This document shows, piece after piece, positions 8,438 to 15,862 of a stretch of DNA of 20,000 bases (its first letter is position 1; each line of letters opens with the position of its first letter). The stretch comes from an uncultured virus (IMG/VR IMGVR_UViG_3300007552_000001) (lineage: Duplodnaviria; Heunggongvirae; Uroviricota; Caudoviricetes), in IMG/VR virus record IMGVR_UViG_3300007552_000001, one strand, 5' to 3'. The notes under the pieces are model-generated. The model had not been told where the DNA came from and did not search any database. It worked only from the letters and a program-made list of their open reading frames with translations. A program made the translations under genes and the position numbers.

Positions 8438-8936
8438 ATCTAAAAACAGATTAGAACTCTTAGACGTAATTCAAGAAGGAATTACGGTCGAAGATACGAC
8501 TCTATCTGTTGAAAAGATTAAACAATTAGCCTATCCTAGCCTTTTAGAAAAGGTAAGTGGATGGGTTACTGAAAAGAAAGGTTTTAGTGGAGGTCTTGCA
8601 AAAGAGAAAGCTAAAACAATGATTAAATTTGATAGTAGTAAAACAACAGGTGCAAGGAGTATGCATTTTATGGGAACTACTAACAAGCCCACTCTTACCG
8701 TAGAGAGTGCTGGAATTAAGGTTGCTATAGAATTTATTAAAGGAGATAGAGGCTCAGATTTAAGAGAAGCTATCGGACAATCAATGATATACTCAACAGC
8801 GTATGATTTTGTAATGTGTGTATTTTTAGATTCAACCGATGATAAAAGAATTAAAGGAGGATCTTCTTCAATCACAGAGCATTATTTTTTAAACAACCTT
8901 TGGGATAATTTTAACGTAAAGTTTACATTAGTATAA
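8421..8936 (+). CDS. PD-(D/E)XK nuclease-like protein, degenerate active site
   Basis: KPTLTV...VAIEFIKG...LREAIGQSMIYS resembles PD...ExK...GQxxxY but reads PT and EFIK. Confidence 0.55.
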   Translation: MKLASKSKNRLELLDVIQEGITVEDTTLSVEKIKQLAYPSLLEKVSGWVTEKKGFSGGLAKEKAKTMIKFDSSKTTGARSMHFMGTTNKPTLTVESAGIKVAIEFIKGDRGSDLREAIGQSMIYSTAYDFVMCVFLDSTDDKRIKGGSSSITEHYFLNNLWDNFNVKFTLV

Positions 8937-8946
8937 CAAACCATAT

Positions 8947-9477
8947 ATGCAAATATTCGTAACATCAAACCAACAGTTTGGGAGACCTGGGGCTATCAAG
9001 AAGTATGATAGACCCTTTTCTTCGCTAGAAGAAATGAATGAAACATTAATAGAAAACTGGAACCTTACAGTTTCACCCGAAGACGTAGTATATGTTTTAG
9101 GTAATTTTGGATGGGATCCGACCACCGTAGAGAACTGTATTAATACACTAAATGGCCATATATATTTTATAGAAGGAGAATTTGATAAAGCGACTGTTGA
9201 CGTTTCTATGCTTCCTAACGCAGATAAGAAGATGGAAGAAATAGGACAAATAGACTTTTTACCAGAAATGGACGCATGTATGTCTTATTGGCCTCTTTCA
9301 ATTTGGCCTGGTAAATACTTATTAAGCGGCCATCCTTCTAAGAAAATTAAAACAAGTCCTTCTAAAAAGATAATTAACGTATCATGTGACCAATGGTCTT
9401 ATAAACCAGTTAACATAAAATCACTGATAGGGTTGTTCGAGGAAAATAATTTGAAAAAAAGTGAAAATAAACAGTAA
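8947..9477 (+). CDS. Calcineurin-like metallophosphoesterase homolog, metal ligands substituted
   Basis: Scaffold FVTS..FG...I...RPF..LEEMNETLIENWN..V...DVVYVLG.F, LNG, INVSCDQW.YKPV is intact, but DxH=NQQ, GD=GN, GNHD=GEFD, HGH=SGH. Confidence 0.8.
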   Translation: MQIFVTSNQQFGRPGAIKKYDRPFSSLEEMNETLIENWNLTVSPEDVVYVLGNFGWDPTTVENCINTLNGHIYFIEGEFDKATVDVSMLPNADKKMEEIGQIDFLPEMDACMSYWPLSIWPGKYLLSGHPSKKIKTSPSKKIINVSCDQWSYKPVNIKSLIGLFEENNLKKSENKQ

Positions 9478-9522
9478 AAAGTTTTTTTATCTCAGATATT
9501 TTGCTTATATTAGTATAGTAAT
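9462..9522 (+). promoter_or_regulatory. ~60-bp conserved repeat copy 3, putative early promoter of the sigma factor
   Basis: TGAAAATAAACAGTAAAAAGTTTTTTTATCTCAGATATTTTGCTTATATTAGTATAGTAAT; ATG at 9549. Confidence 0.8.
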
Positions 9523-9548
9523 TAATTAAAAACCAAAAAATATAACGT

Positions 9549-10148
9549 ATGGCTACCTACAAACAACTAACTCAAAACTTTCTAGAAACAGGATCAGATC
9601 AAGACTTCGCAGCTCTTTACAACAAGATAAAGCCAGGTCTAACTTCGTACATTTACAAAATAGTTAAAGATCGTGAAATGGCAGAAGACATTGCAGTAAA
9701 CACATTAACTAAGATGTGGACCAAAATCGAACAATATAACCCAAGTTACGGAATTACTACTTGGTTATATAGAATCGCATTTAACGACTCTTTAGGTTAT
9801 ATTAAAAAAAGAAATCAAACTACGTCTTTGAGTAAATTATCAGAATATGGCGTAGAAGTAAGTGGCACTGGATCGGTTTCAAATACTCTAAAAGATTTAG
9901 TCTTAGATCATGAAGAAAAAACTGAACAAGATTATCTAGAAGAAGATGACGCTCTTCAAGACAAATACATTAAAACTCTAGAAGCTATGCAAAATCTAAA
10001 AGAAATGTATAGAGATATTCTAGTAGACAGAATGGTAAATCATATGAAATATGACCAACTAGCAACTAAATATAAACTTCCACTACAGACTATTAAAAAT
10101 AGAATTCGTAGAGGTAAAGCTTTAATCGTTGAAGCTGTAGAAAAATAA
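9549..10148 (+). CDS. RNA polymerase sigma-70 family factor, ECF-like
   Basis: Region 2 AEDIAVNTLTKMWTKIEQY...ITTWLYRIAFN; region 4 HTH MKYDQLATKYKLPLQTIKNRIRRGK; 199 aa. Confidence 0.9.
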   Translation: MATYKQLTQNFLETGSDQDFAALYNKIKPGLTSYIYKIVKDREMAEDIAVNTLTKMWTKIEQYNPSYGITTWLYRIAFNDSLGYIKKRNQTTSLSKLSEYGVEVSGTGSVSNTLKDLVLDHEEKTEQDYLEEDDALQDKYIKTLEAMQNLKEMYRDILVDRMVNHMKYDQLATKYKLPLQTIKNRIRRGKALIVEAVEK

Positions 10149-10243
10149 ATATGAAAGGAAGCACAGCATGCAAGAAGGAAAGAAGAATGACCCAGAGTTT
10201 GTGTTCTGTTATTGGGACGAATTTAAACCTAACGTAGAAAAAG

Positions 10244-10456
10244 ATGATAGTAGTAGTTTACAAGAAGAGCAAGACGGCAAAGAAATTATACATGACAGTG
10301 TTCGAAAACGAAGCAACACCGGACAGGATAATAAATGCGAAAGCAAGAAAACCCCTGATTCCGAATGAATATGAAATCGTAGAATTAGGAATGGGTGCAG
10401 GTTTTATTGAAATGTATAAAGATAAGCATAAAATTAAAAAACATGAATTGGCGTAA
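10244..10456 (+). CDS. Hypothetical protein
   Basis: 70-aa ORF; the overlapping frame 10168..10368 is a competing candidate. Confidence 0.6.
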   Translation: MIVVVYKKSKTAKKLYMTVFENEATPDRIINAKARKPLIPNEYEIVELGMGAGFIEMYKDKHKIKKHELA

Positions 10457-10583
10457 TCAAATTGACGAATGGGACGAAGAACTTTACGAAGATCGTCCTA
10501 GGAAGGGTAAATTGCCTAAAATGAAAGACGTTGAAAAATCGCTAGCAAGCAAAAAAAGAAAAGATATTGAAAATAAACAGTAA
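10443..10583 (+). CDS. Small hypothetical protein (46 aa)
   Basis: MNWRNQIDEWDEELYEDRPRKGK...; internal ATG 10443 preferred over 10395. Confidence 0.55.
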   Translation: MNWRNQIDEWDEELYEDRPRKGKLPKMKDVEKSLASKKRKDIENKQ

Positions 10584-10628
10584 AAAGTTTTTTTATCTCA
10601 GAAATTTTGCTTATATTAGATAAGTAAT
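10568..10628 (+). promoter_or_regulatory. ~60-bp conserved repeat copy 4, putative early promoter
   Basis: TGAAAATAAACAGTAAAAAGTTTTTTTATCTCAGAAATTTTGCTTATATTAGATAAGTAAT; ATG at 10643. Confidence 0.8.
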
Positions 10629-10642
10629 TAATTAAACAAGTA

Positions 10643-11200
10643 ATGAATCATCAAGAAACATCAATAGAAAAATTAGAATCAGCTCCTCAAAGTACAACTG
10701 AGAAAGCAATCGATACTCTATTTTCTGTACTATGTTCTTCTTCTAAAAAAAGCAAGAAGATAGTTTATGTGGATATGGATGGCGTCTTAGTAGATTTACA
10801 TGCAAAACTCAGAGAATATCCTGAAGACGTTGTAAAATCTCTAGGAAACGATATTGATAAATTACCTGCTCTTTTCCTCGATCCTCCTCCAATGGAAGGT
10901 GCGATTGAAGCTTTTAACATTCTTTGTTCTTTATTCGATGTGTATATTTTATCAACTGCACCGTGGGATAATCCTGAAGCTTTAATGCACAAAAGACTAT
11001 GGGTTGAAAAGCATCTAGGAAAAAATGCATACAAAAGATTAATCCTTTCTCACAACAAACATTTAAATGTTGGAGACTTTTTAATCGATGATAGAACTGC
11101 AAACGGAGCTGGTCAATTTACAGGAGAACATATTCATTTTGGAACAGAAAAATGGCCAGATTGGAAGGCTACTTTAGACTATCTTATACCTCACGCTTAA
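10643..11200 (+). CDS. 5'(3')-deoxyribonucleotidase (NT5C family, HAD)
   Basis: YVDMDGVLVD, PPMEGAIEA, ILSTAPW, KRLWVEKHLG, K.L..GDFLIDDR. Confidence 0.9.
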   Translation: MNHQETSIEKLESAPQSTTEKAIDTLFSVLCSSSKKSKKIVYVDMDGVLVDLHAKLREYPEDVVKSLGNDIDKLPALFLDPPPMEGAIEAFNILCSLFDVYILSTAPWDNPEALMHKRLWVEKHLGKNAYKRLILSHNKHLNVGDFLIDDRTANGAGQFTGEHIHFGTEKWPDWKATLDYLIPHA

Positions 11201-11561
11201 ATATAAGCTTAATCCAGTTATATCTTTTTCTGGATTCTAGATATTTATAATTCTTTTCATTGGCATACGCTTCTCTTTCAAATGAGATGTTACGGTATGC
11301 TCCGGTTCCATAGATGAACAATTTTATAAACCATTCAGTAACATATAGAATATAGAAAGGAATCACTAGAAGTTCTTCCTGCTGCTTTATATGTATAGAT
11401 TCATGATTAATAATCCTCTTCGCTCTTCCTCTCCACCATTTACCAGAATCATACTTTTCTCTTAGAACGATAAAGGGCCAAAGGGTAATTCCTCCAATTG
11501 ACATAAACCAGCTTACTGCGTTTAAAAATCTGTCACTATATTTAATAATCGGTGTTTTCAT
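11184..11561 (-). CDS. Hypothetical membrane-associated protein with HExxH motif
   Basis: GITLWPFI, INHESIHIKQQ, YRNISFEREAY; start MKTPII at 11561 preferred; only convincing minus-strand gene. Confidence 0.8.
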   Translation of the reverse strand: MKTPIIKYSDRFLNAVSWFMSIGGITLWPFIVLREKYDSGKWWRGRAKRIINHESIHIKQQEELLVIPFYILYVTEWFIKLFIYGTGAYRNISFEREAYANEKNYKYLESRKRYNWIKLIFKREV

Positions 11562-11565
11562 ATAG

Positions 11566-11582
11566 TATATATCAGATATATA
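11566..11582. promoter_or_regulatory. Dyad TATATATC-A-GATATATA, putative back-to-back late promoters
   Basis: Perfect 8-bp inverted repeat at the only divergent gene junction; GATATATA is read toward each gene. Confidence 0.5.
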
Positions 11583-11653
11583 ACCTAAGCCCACGTCGGA
11601 ACGCTGACATTTAACTTCTCGGGCAGAAATCTATTAAACACTTATTTTTACAC

Positions 11654-13327
11654 ATGATGAAACGTATATTCATCGCATTACTCATATTTCATGGGTTCTT
11701 GACCTATGGTCAATGCGATCTTGCTATTACCGACTTTAATTCTACCACCGGAGATCTAGTGGTAGAAGTTATTAACTCAGAAAACTGTGGTTGTAATGAT
11801 TTTACAAACATAGAAACCACTTGCGAAGCATCTGTAAGTGGAGCCATACAAAATAATGAGACTATTAGTCATATTGTTTTAGGATTACACTTAGATGATT
11901 TTGATTATCAATGGACTGACTGTGTCAGTGGTAATAATCATCCCGGTTGGACTTTTAAAAACAAATCTTTTTTTGGTAATTCTGTTTTAGAAACAGGTGA
12001 TACATGGAATACTAACATCTATGATTTTTGGTCATCTAATAATGAATGCTGGGCAGAAATATTAGCAAATGATGCAGAATGTATTGAGTTAGCTATTTGG
12101 CAGATTAACTTATCTCAAACTGCAACTACAGACATGGGCGGTTGGGCTGTTAATCCTAATGTGGCTAATCAAACACAAAATTATCCAGATATTGATATTT
12201 TTAATAATAGCATAGTTTTATGTCCAATCATAGCAGTATTTCCAGGTTGCACAGATCCAGTTGCTCTAAACTATAATGATGAAGCAACTGAAGATGATGG
12301 CACTTGTGTGTACTCTATAGGACCAGATCCTATTATTATCGATCTAGTAGTTAACACTGAAGAATGCGAAGTATTTGAAGCTGGTATATTATCTACGTTT
12401 ACATATTCTGCAACCATTGTAAATATAGGTAATGAAGCTGTTACTAATTTTTGTTTAAATGATTTCTTAGGTATAACATTTAATTGTTTTAACGGAGTTT
12501 CCAATCTAGCAGTTTGGATTCAACCTGGAGATACTATTACTGTAAATGGATCTATTAACGTTAGTGGTACTTGGACTGCAGGGCAAGGTAATTATATGAC
12601 CATCACAAGTGTACCTGGTGAAATCATTACTGGCAATAACAATTTTGTTTTTAATATGCCAAGTGGTGTAGATTGTGAAGAGGTGGTTGATCCGGAACCA
12701 TGTGATACTGTTTATGTAGATAATTTTATTACCGATACTCTTTATATAGAAACGATCGATACTCTTTATGTAGATAATTTTATTACTGATACACTTTATA
12801 TAGAAACTATCGATACTCTTTATGTTGATGTTGAGGTTTATATTACTGACACATTATACATCACAGAAACTGAATATGTAACTGATACTCTTTTTATTAC
12901 CAATGTCGATACGGTTGAAGTTATCATATATGAATTCTTAACTGATACTATTTATGAGTATATTACTATTGATTGTGAAACTGGCTTAGAGTGTATTGAT
13001 GATCCTGGTTTAGTTTGCCCAGATTGGACATCAGTTTACATTCCAAATACATTTACACCAAATAATGATGGCTTAAACGACACATGGAAAATGGTTTATG
13101 ATTTAGACTGCTGGGTAGATGTAGAATTTAAAATATTTAATAGATGGGGAGATATGATTTATTCAGGTATGGGTGATTATTATGATTCATATCCATATTG
13201 GGATGGCAGTGTAAATGGAGGAGATCATTATGCATCTGACGGTGTTTACACATATACGTTCTACGCAAGAAAATTAAACTCAACCGAAATCTTCCAAAGA
13301 CACGGACATATAACAATATTTAGATAA
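11654..13327 (+). CDS. Secreted protein with gliding motility-associated (T9SS type B, CHU_C-like) C-terminal domain
   Basis: Signal peptide ending TYG-Q, GCTDPVALNYNDEATEDDGTC motif, DTLY repeats, C-terminal YIPNTFTPNNDGLND...IFNRWG...WDG...GVYTY...GHITIFR. Confidence 0.88.
   Translation: MMKRIFIALLIFHGFLTYGQCDLAITDFNSTTGDLVVEVINSENCGCNDFTNIETTCEASVSGAIQNNETISHIVLGLHLDDFDYQWTDCVSGNNHPGWTFKNKSFFGNSVLETGDTWNTNIYDFWSSNNECWAEILANDAECIELAIWQINLSQTATTDMGGWAVNPNVANQTQNYPDIDIFNNSIVLCPIIAVFPGCTDPVALNYNDEATEDDGTCVYSIGPDPIIIDLVVNTEECEVFEAGILSTFTYSATIVNIGNEAVTNFCLNDFLGITFNCFNGVSNLAVWIQPGDTITVNGSINVSGTWTAGQGNYMTITSVPGEIITGNNNFVFNMPSGVDCEEVVDPEPCDTVYVDNFITDTLYIETIDTLYVDNFITDTLYIETIDTLYVDVEVYITDTLYITETEYVTDTLFITNVDTVEVIIYEFLTDTIYEYITIDCETGLECIDDPGLVCPDWTSVYIPNTFTPNNDGLNDTWKMVYDLDCWVDVEFKIFNRWGDMIYSGMGDYYDSYPYWDGSVNGGDHYASDGVYTYTFYARKLNSTEIFQRHGHITIFR
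12704..12811 (+). repeat. Two near-identical 54-bp in-frame tandem repeats (DTxYVDNFITDTLYIETI), with decaying copies to ~12960
   Basis: Units 12704-12757 and 12758-12811 differ at a few positions. Confidence 0.9.
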
Positions 13328-13328
13328 C

Positions 13329-13694
13329 ATGAAATCATTACTTATTTCCTTATTATTTCTTTTACCATTTTACACAGTAGCACAATGCAATCAACATGTT
13401 TTTTCCTCAGTCGGAGCTGAGAAATGGACTAACTTCCAATATCAAGACTGCGATGGATGGAATCATTACTTTGGTCTTCCCGCTGGAGGATATACTATAA
13501 TCTTTTGTGCAGATATTGGCACCGCCTTTGTTTTAAATGGGGATGGATTTGTATTTCCTTTGGCGAATGAACACCCCAATTACGCTTCCTGTATTCAACC
13601 AGAAACTGAATGTGAAGGTGATTTTGATGGAGATGGAATAGTAGGAGCAGAGGATCTTCTTACCTTTTTATCAAACTACGGTATGTGTGAATAA
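13329..13694 (+). CDS. Secreted protein with C-terminal dockerin/EF-hand-like motif
   Basis: Signal peptide ending TVA-Q; CEGDFDGDGIVGAEDLLTFLSNYG Ca-binding-loop-like tail. Confidence 0.75.
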   Translation: MKSLLISLLFLLPFYTVAQCNQHVFSSVGAEKWTNFQYQDCDGWNHYFGLPAGGYTIIFCADIGTAFVLNGDGFVFPLANEHPNYASCIQPETECEGDFDGDGIVGAEDLLTFLSNYGMCE

Positions 13695-13707
13695 ATTTCA
13701 TTTTTTT

Positions 13708-13770
13708 TGAAAATAAACAGCTAAAAGTTTTTTTATCTCAGAATTTTTGCTTATATTAGTATAGTAATAA
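13708..13770 (+). promoter_or_regulatory. ~60-bp conserved repeat copy 5, putative early promoter
   Basis: TGAAAATAAACAGCTAAAAGTTTTTTTATCTCAGAATTTTTGCTTATATTAGTATAGTAATAA; ATG at 13790. Confidence 0.8.
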
Positions 13771-13789
13771 TTAATAAAAGAAACAAACC

Positions 13790-14077
13790 ATGTACAAAGA
13801 ACTTTCAAGCAGAAACAAAACATTACTTTTAAACGGAGCAAAAACAACAGGATCCTTTACGGAAGGATATTCCTACATCGAAGAAAGCCTATATAGTGAC
13901 GAAGCTAGTGAGCTTTATTCTTTTTGCGAATGGATCGACAATATTATTGGAGGTGCAGGCCCTGCAAACATTGAAACTCTATGGTTAGGATTTAAATATC
14001 CCGAAGTAGATGCATTTTCTGAATCTTGTGTCTATATAAAAAAGCAGATGGACAGAATTAAAGCATACTCTATATAA
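13790..14077 (+). CDS. Hypothetical protein
   Basis: 95-aa ORF after repeat copy 5. Confidence 0.75.
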   Translation: MYKELSSRNKTLLLNGAKTTGSFTEGYSYIEESLYSDEASELYSFCEWIDNIIGGAGPANIETLWLGFKYPEVDAFSESCVYIKKQMDRIKAYSI

Positions 14078-14436
14078 TGAAAACATATAAAATTCAAAGA
14101 CAACCTCCATTCCGAGATTTTGCGATAGTTAAAACCTTAAGTGGAACTTATGTGTGCCCTGGATGGCATCCCGTTGAACCTGGAACTACACGAGAGCAGA
14201 TAATCTTAGTAGAACCTGAAGACGCTCCAGTTATTAACAAACCTGTTAAAAAGTTAGTCACAAATCAAGTGAAACAAACTAAAACTTTCAAAGTATTATC
14301 TAGTAACGGTAAGTCATATTACAATGTTCAATTTAATGGTAAAGATTGGAGTTGTGATTGTCCCGCAAGTAATTTCTTTCGAGGTCCTTGTAAACACATT
14401 AAGGCAAAGAAAGAAGAATTAATAATTTCTAAATAA
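14077..14436 (+). CDS. SWIM zinc finger protein
   Basis: YNVQF...WSCDCPA.....PCKHI (CxC...CxH). Confidence 0.85.
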   Translation: MKTYKIQRQPPFRDFAIVKTLSGTYVCPGWHPVEPGTTREQIILVEPEDAPVINKPVKKLVTNQVKQTKTFKVLSSNGKSYYNVQFNGKDWSCDCPASNFFRGPCKHIKAKKEELIISK

Positions 14437-14441
14437 TTTAT

Positions 14442-14621
14442 ATGAAAAAAGTTTTAAGTATTTTAAAAAGCATTGTAAAAGGATTGTCTAACCAATATTT
14501 CAGATTAATGGGATTCTTATGGATTTTCGCTTCTTTTATGTATATTGGTGATCCTGAATTTTGGACCGTATTAGGATTTGGAACCGTATTTACGGGTATT
14601 CAAAGTATTATTGAAAAATAG
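14442..14621 (+). CDS. Small membrane protein (59 aa)
   Basis: MKKVLSILKSIVKGLSNQYFRLMGFLWIFASFMYIGDPEFWTVLGFGTVFTGIQSIIEK; TAG at 14619-14621. Confidence 0.65.
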   Translation: MKKVLSILKSIVKGLSNQYFRLMGFLWIFASFMYIGDPEFWTVLGFGTVFTGIQSIIEK

Positions 14622-14708
14622 TAAGATAATAATTAAAAAATGGTAATTATCCAAGAGTAAAACAGATAAATACTCTATAACAATTTTAAAAAAATCACAA
14701 ATTTTAAT

Positions 14709-15227
14709 ATGGCATTACAATTAGGTGGGCAAATTAGCCTTTCAAATATTACCGCAGAAATGGGACAAATTAATTCAAACGTTAGTTTGACTAGTTTATC
14801 AACTCATTCTACATTAAATGATTCGAGTCCAAGTAAACCAAATGAAACGCAGCCGCATGCTATGTCTGAGTTCTTCGCTTATGACCATTCCTATTCAAGT
14901 CTTAAAAATCTTATGGGAAGTAGCCAAGTTTCTACGCGTACTAAATGGTTTGACGTATGTGTAGAAGATATGAAATTCTTCTACTTCCATGATGGATCCG
15001 GTAAATTACCAGTAGTTGGAGATTATATTTACACAGATCAATCCGGATCATTGACCGGGACTGCTCACATTAAAATACAAGGTGCTGAAGATTTCGAAAA
15101 ATTAGAAACTGTTATAGCAACAGTTTCAGGTGGAAGAGTTGAATCTATTAATCCATGTGAAGGTCTTGAAGGACCTGGAGAACCAGGACCAAGTCCGGAC
15201 GAACCAGAAGATCCATTCAGAAGATAG
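14709..15227 (+). CDS. Putative virion-associated protein
   Basis: N-terminus MALQLGGQISLSNI...VSL...P..MSEFFAY resembles a recurrent phage structural/tail-associated module; preceded by GATAAATA (14665-14672). Confidence 0.55.
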   Translation: MALQLGGQISLSNITAEMGQINSNVSLTSLSTHSTLNDSSPSKPNETQPHAMSEFFAYDHSYSSLKNLMGSSQVSTRTKWFDVCVEDMKFFYFHDGSGKLPVVGDYIYTDQSGSLTGTAHIKIQGAEDFEKLETVIATVSGGRVESINPCEGLEGPGEPGPSPDEPEDPFRR

Positions 15228-15260
15228 GACAAATAATATAGCTATTATTTAACATTAAAG

Positions 15261-15289
15261 AAAGTGAGATTTATTCTCACTTTTTTTTT
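15261..15289 (+). terminator. Rho-independent terminator
   Basis: Stem AAAGTGAGA/TCTCACTTT, loop TTTAT, followed by a T-run. Confidence 0.85.
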
Positions 15290-15298
15290 GCTAAACAG

Positions 15299-15326
15299 TG
15301 AAACAAACACACCCTCCCTGATATAA
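15299..15326 (+). promoter_or_regulatory. Putative class-2 promoter TGAAACA-N16-TATAA driving the tRNA cluster
   Basis: Immediately after the terminator; TGAAACA 15299-15305, TATAA 15322-15326. Confidence 0.6.
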
Positions 15327-15336
15327 ATACAGTAAC

Positions 15337-15438
15337 ATGAACAAATTGAAAATCAAATTGAAAATGTGGATTATAGAAAAAACTATTCCAATTTGGTTTA
15401 GAGGTTTAAAGAAACCTCGTTTGTGGAACGTTCTTTGA
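15337..15438 (+). CDS. Possible small basic protein (33 aa)
   Basis: MNKLKIKLKMWIIEKTIPIWFRGLKKPRLWNVL, directly after the putative promoter. Confidence 0.4.
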   Translation: MNKLKIKLKMWIIEKTIPIWFRGLKKPRLWNVL

Positions 15439-15461
15439 ATTATAGGTTGTAAGTACTAAAT

Positions 15462-15547
15462 GCTCGAGTGGTGGAATTGGTAGACACGATGGACTTAAAA
15501 TCCATTGAGCAGTAATGTTCGTGCGGGTTCAAGTCCCGCCTCGAGTA
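15462..15547 (+). tRNA. tRNA-Leu(UAA)
   Basis: Acceptor GCTCGAG/CTCGAGT, anticodon arm ATGGA-CT TAA AA-TCCAT, long variable arm, A73; no CCA. Confidence 0.95.
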
Positions 15548-15553
15548 CAACAT

Positions 15554-15667
15554 AGAAAAGCAAGAGATAAAGGTAAACTCCATATACACTATGGTCCGGC
15601 CGAAACAGCGTATCAAATTCTAACAAGGAGACTGACGAGTCTCGCGCTTAAGGGTAGCTTCTTTTCT
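15554..15667 (+). ncRNA. Candidate structured RNA of unknown family in the tRNA cluster
   Basis: Closing helix AGAAAAG/CTTTTCT, inner stems CCATA/TATGG, AGCG/CGCT, GAGAC/GTCTC; GC-richer than the flanks; no ORF. Confidence 0.45.
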
Positions 15668-15702
15668 TTATAATTCACAAATCAAATTAAACTTTAACGA
15701 AT

Positions 15703-15776
15703 GGACTAGTAGCTCAGCTGGATAGAGCATCGCCCTTCTAAGGCGACGGTCGTAGGTTCGAATCCTACCTGGTTCA
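15703..15776 (+). tRNA. tRNA-Arg(UCU)
   Basis: Acceptor GGACTAG/CTGGTTC, anticodon arm TCGCC-CT TCT AA-GGCGA, GGTTCGAATCC; no CCA. Confidence 0.95.
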
Positions 15777-15780
15777 CAAT

Positions 15781-15853
15781 GATCTCTTAGCTCAGTTGGT
15801 AGAGCATCACACTTTTAATGTGAGGGTCCAGGGTTCGAGCCCCTGAGGGATCA
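15781..15853 (+). tRNA. tRNA-Lys(UUU)
   Basis: Acceptor GATCTCT/AGGGATC, anticodon arm TCACA-CT TTT AA-TGTGA; no CCA. Confidence 0.95.
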
Positions 15854-15862
15854 CGAATATAT

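Noticed and set aside
10168..10368. 66-aa ORF MQEGKKNDPEFVFCYWDE
   Set aside because: Overlaps 10244..10456 by 125 nt; its N-terminal part may be real, but I cannot decide, so it is not listed as a feature.
15595..15645. Hammerhead ribozyme (GAAAC and CTGACGA both present)
   Set aside because: Stems II and III cannot form in the required type II arrangement, and CTGACGA is instead largely the loop of the GAGAC/GTCTC hairpin.
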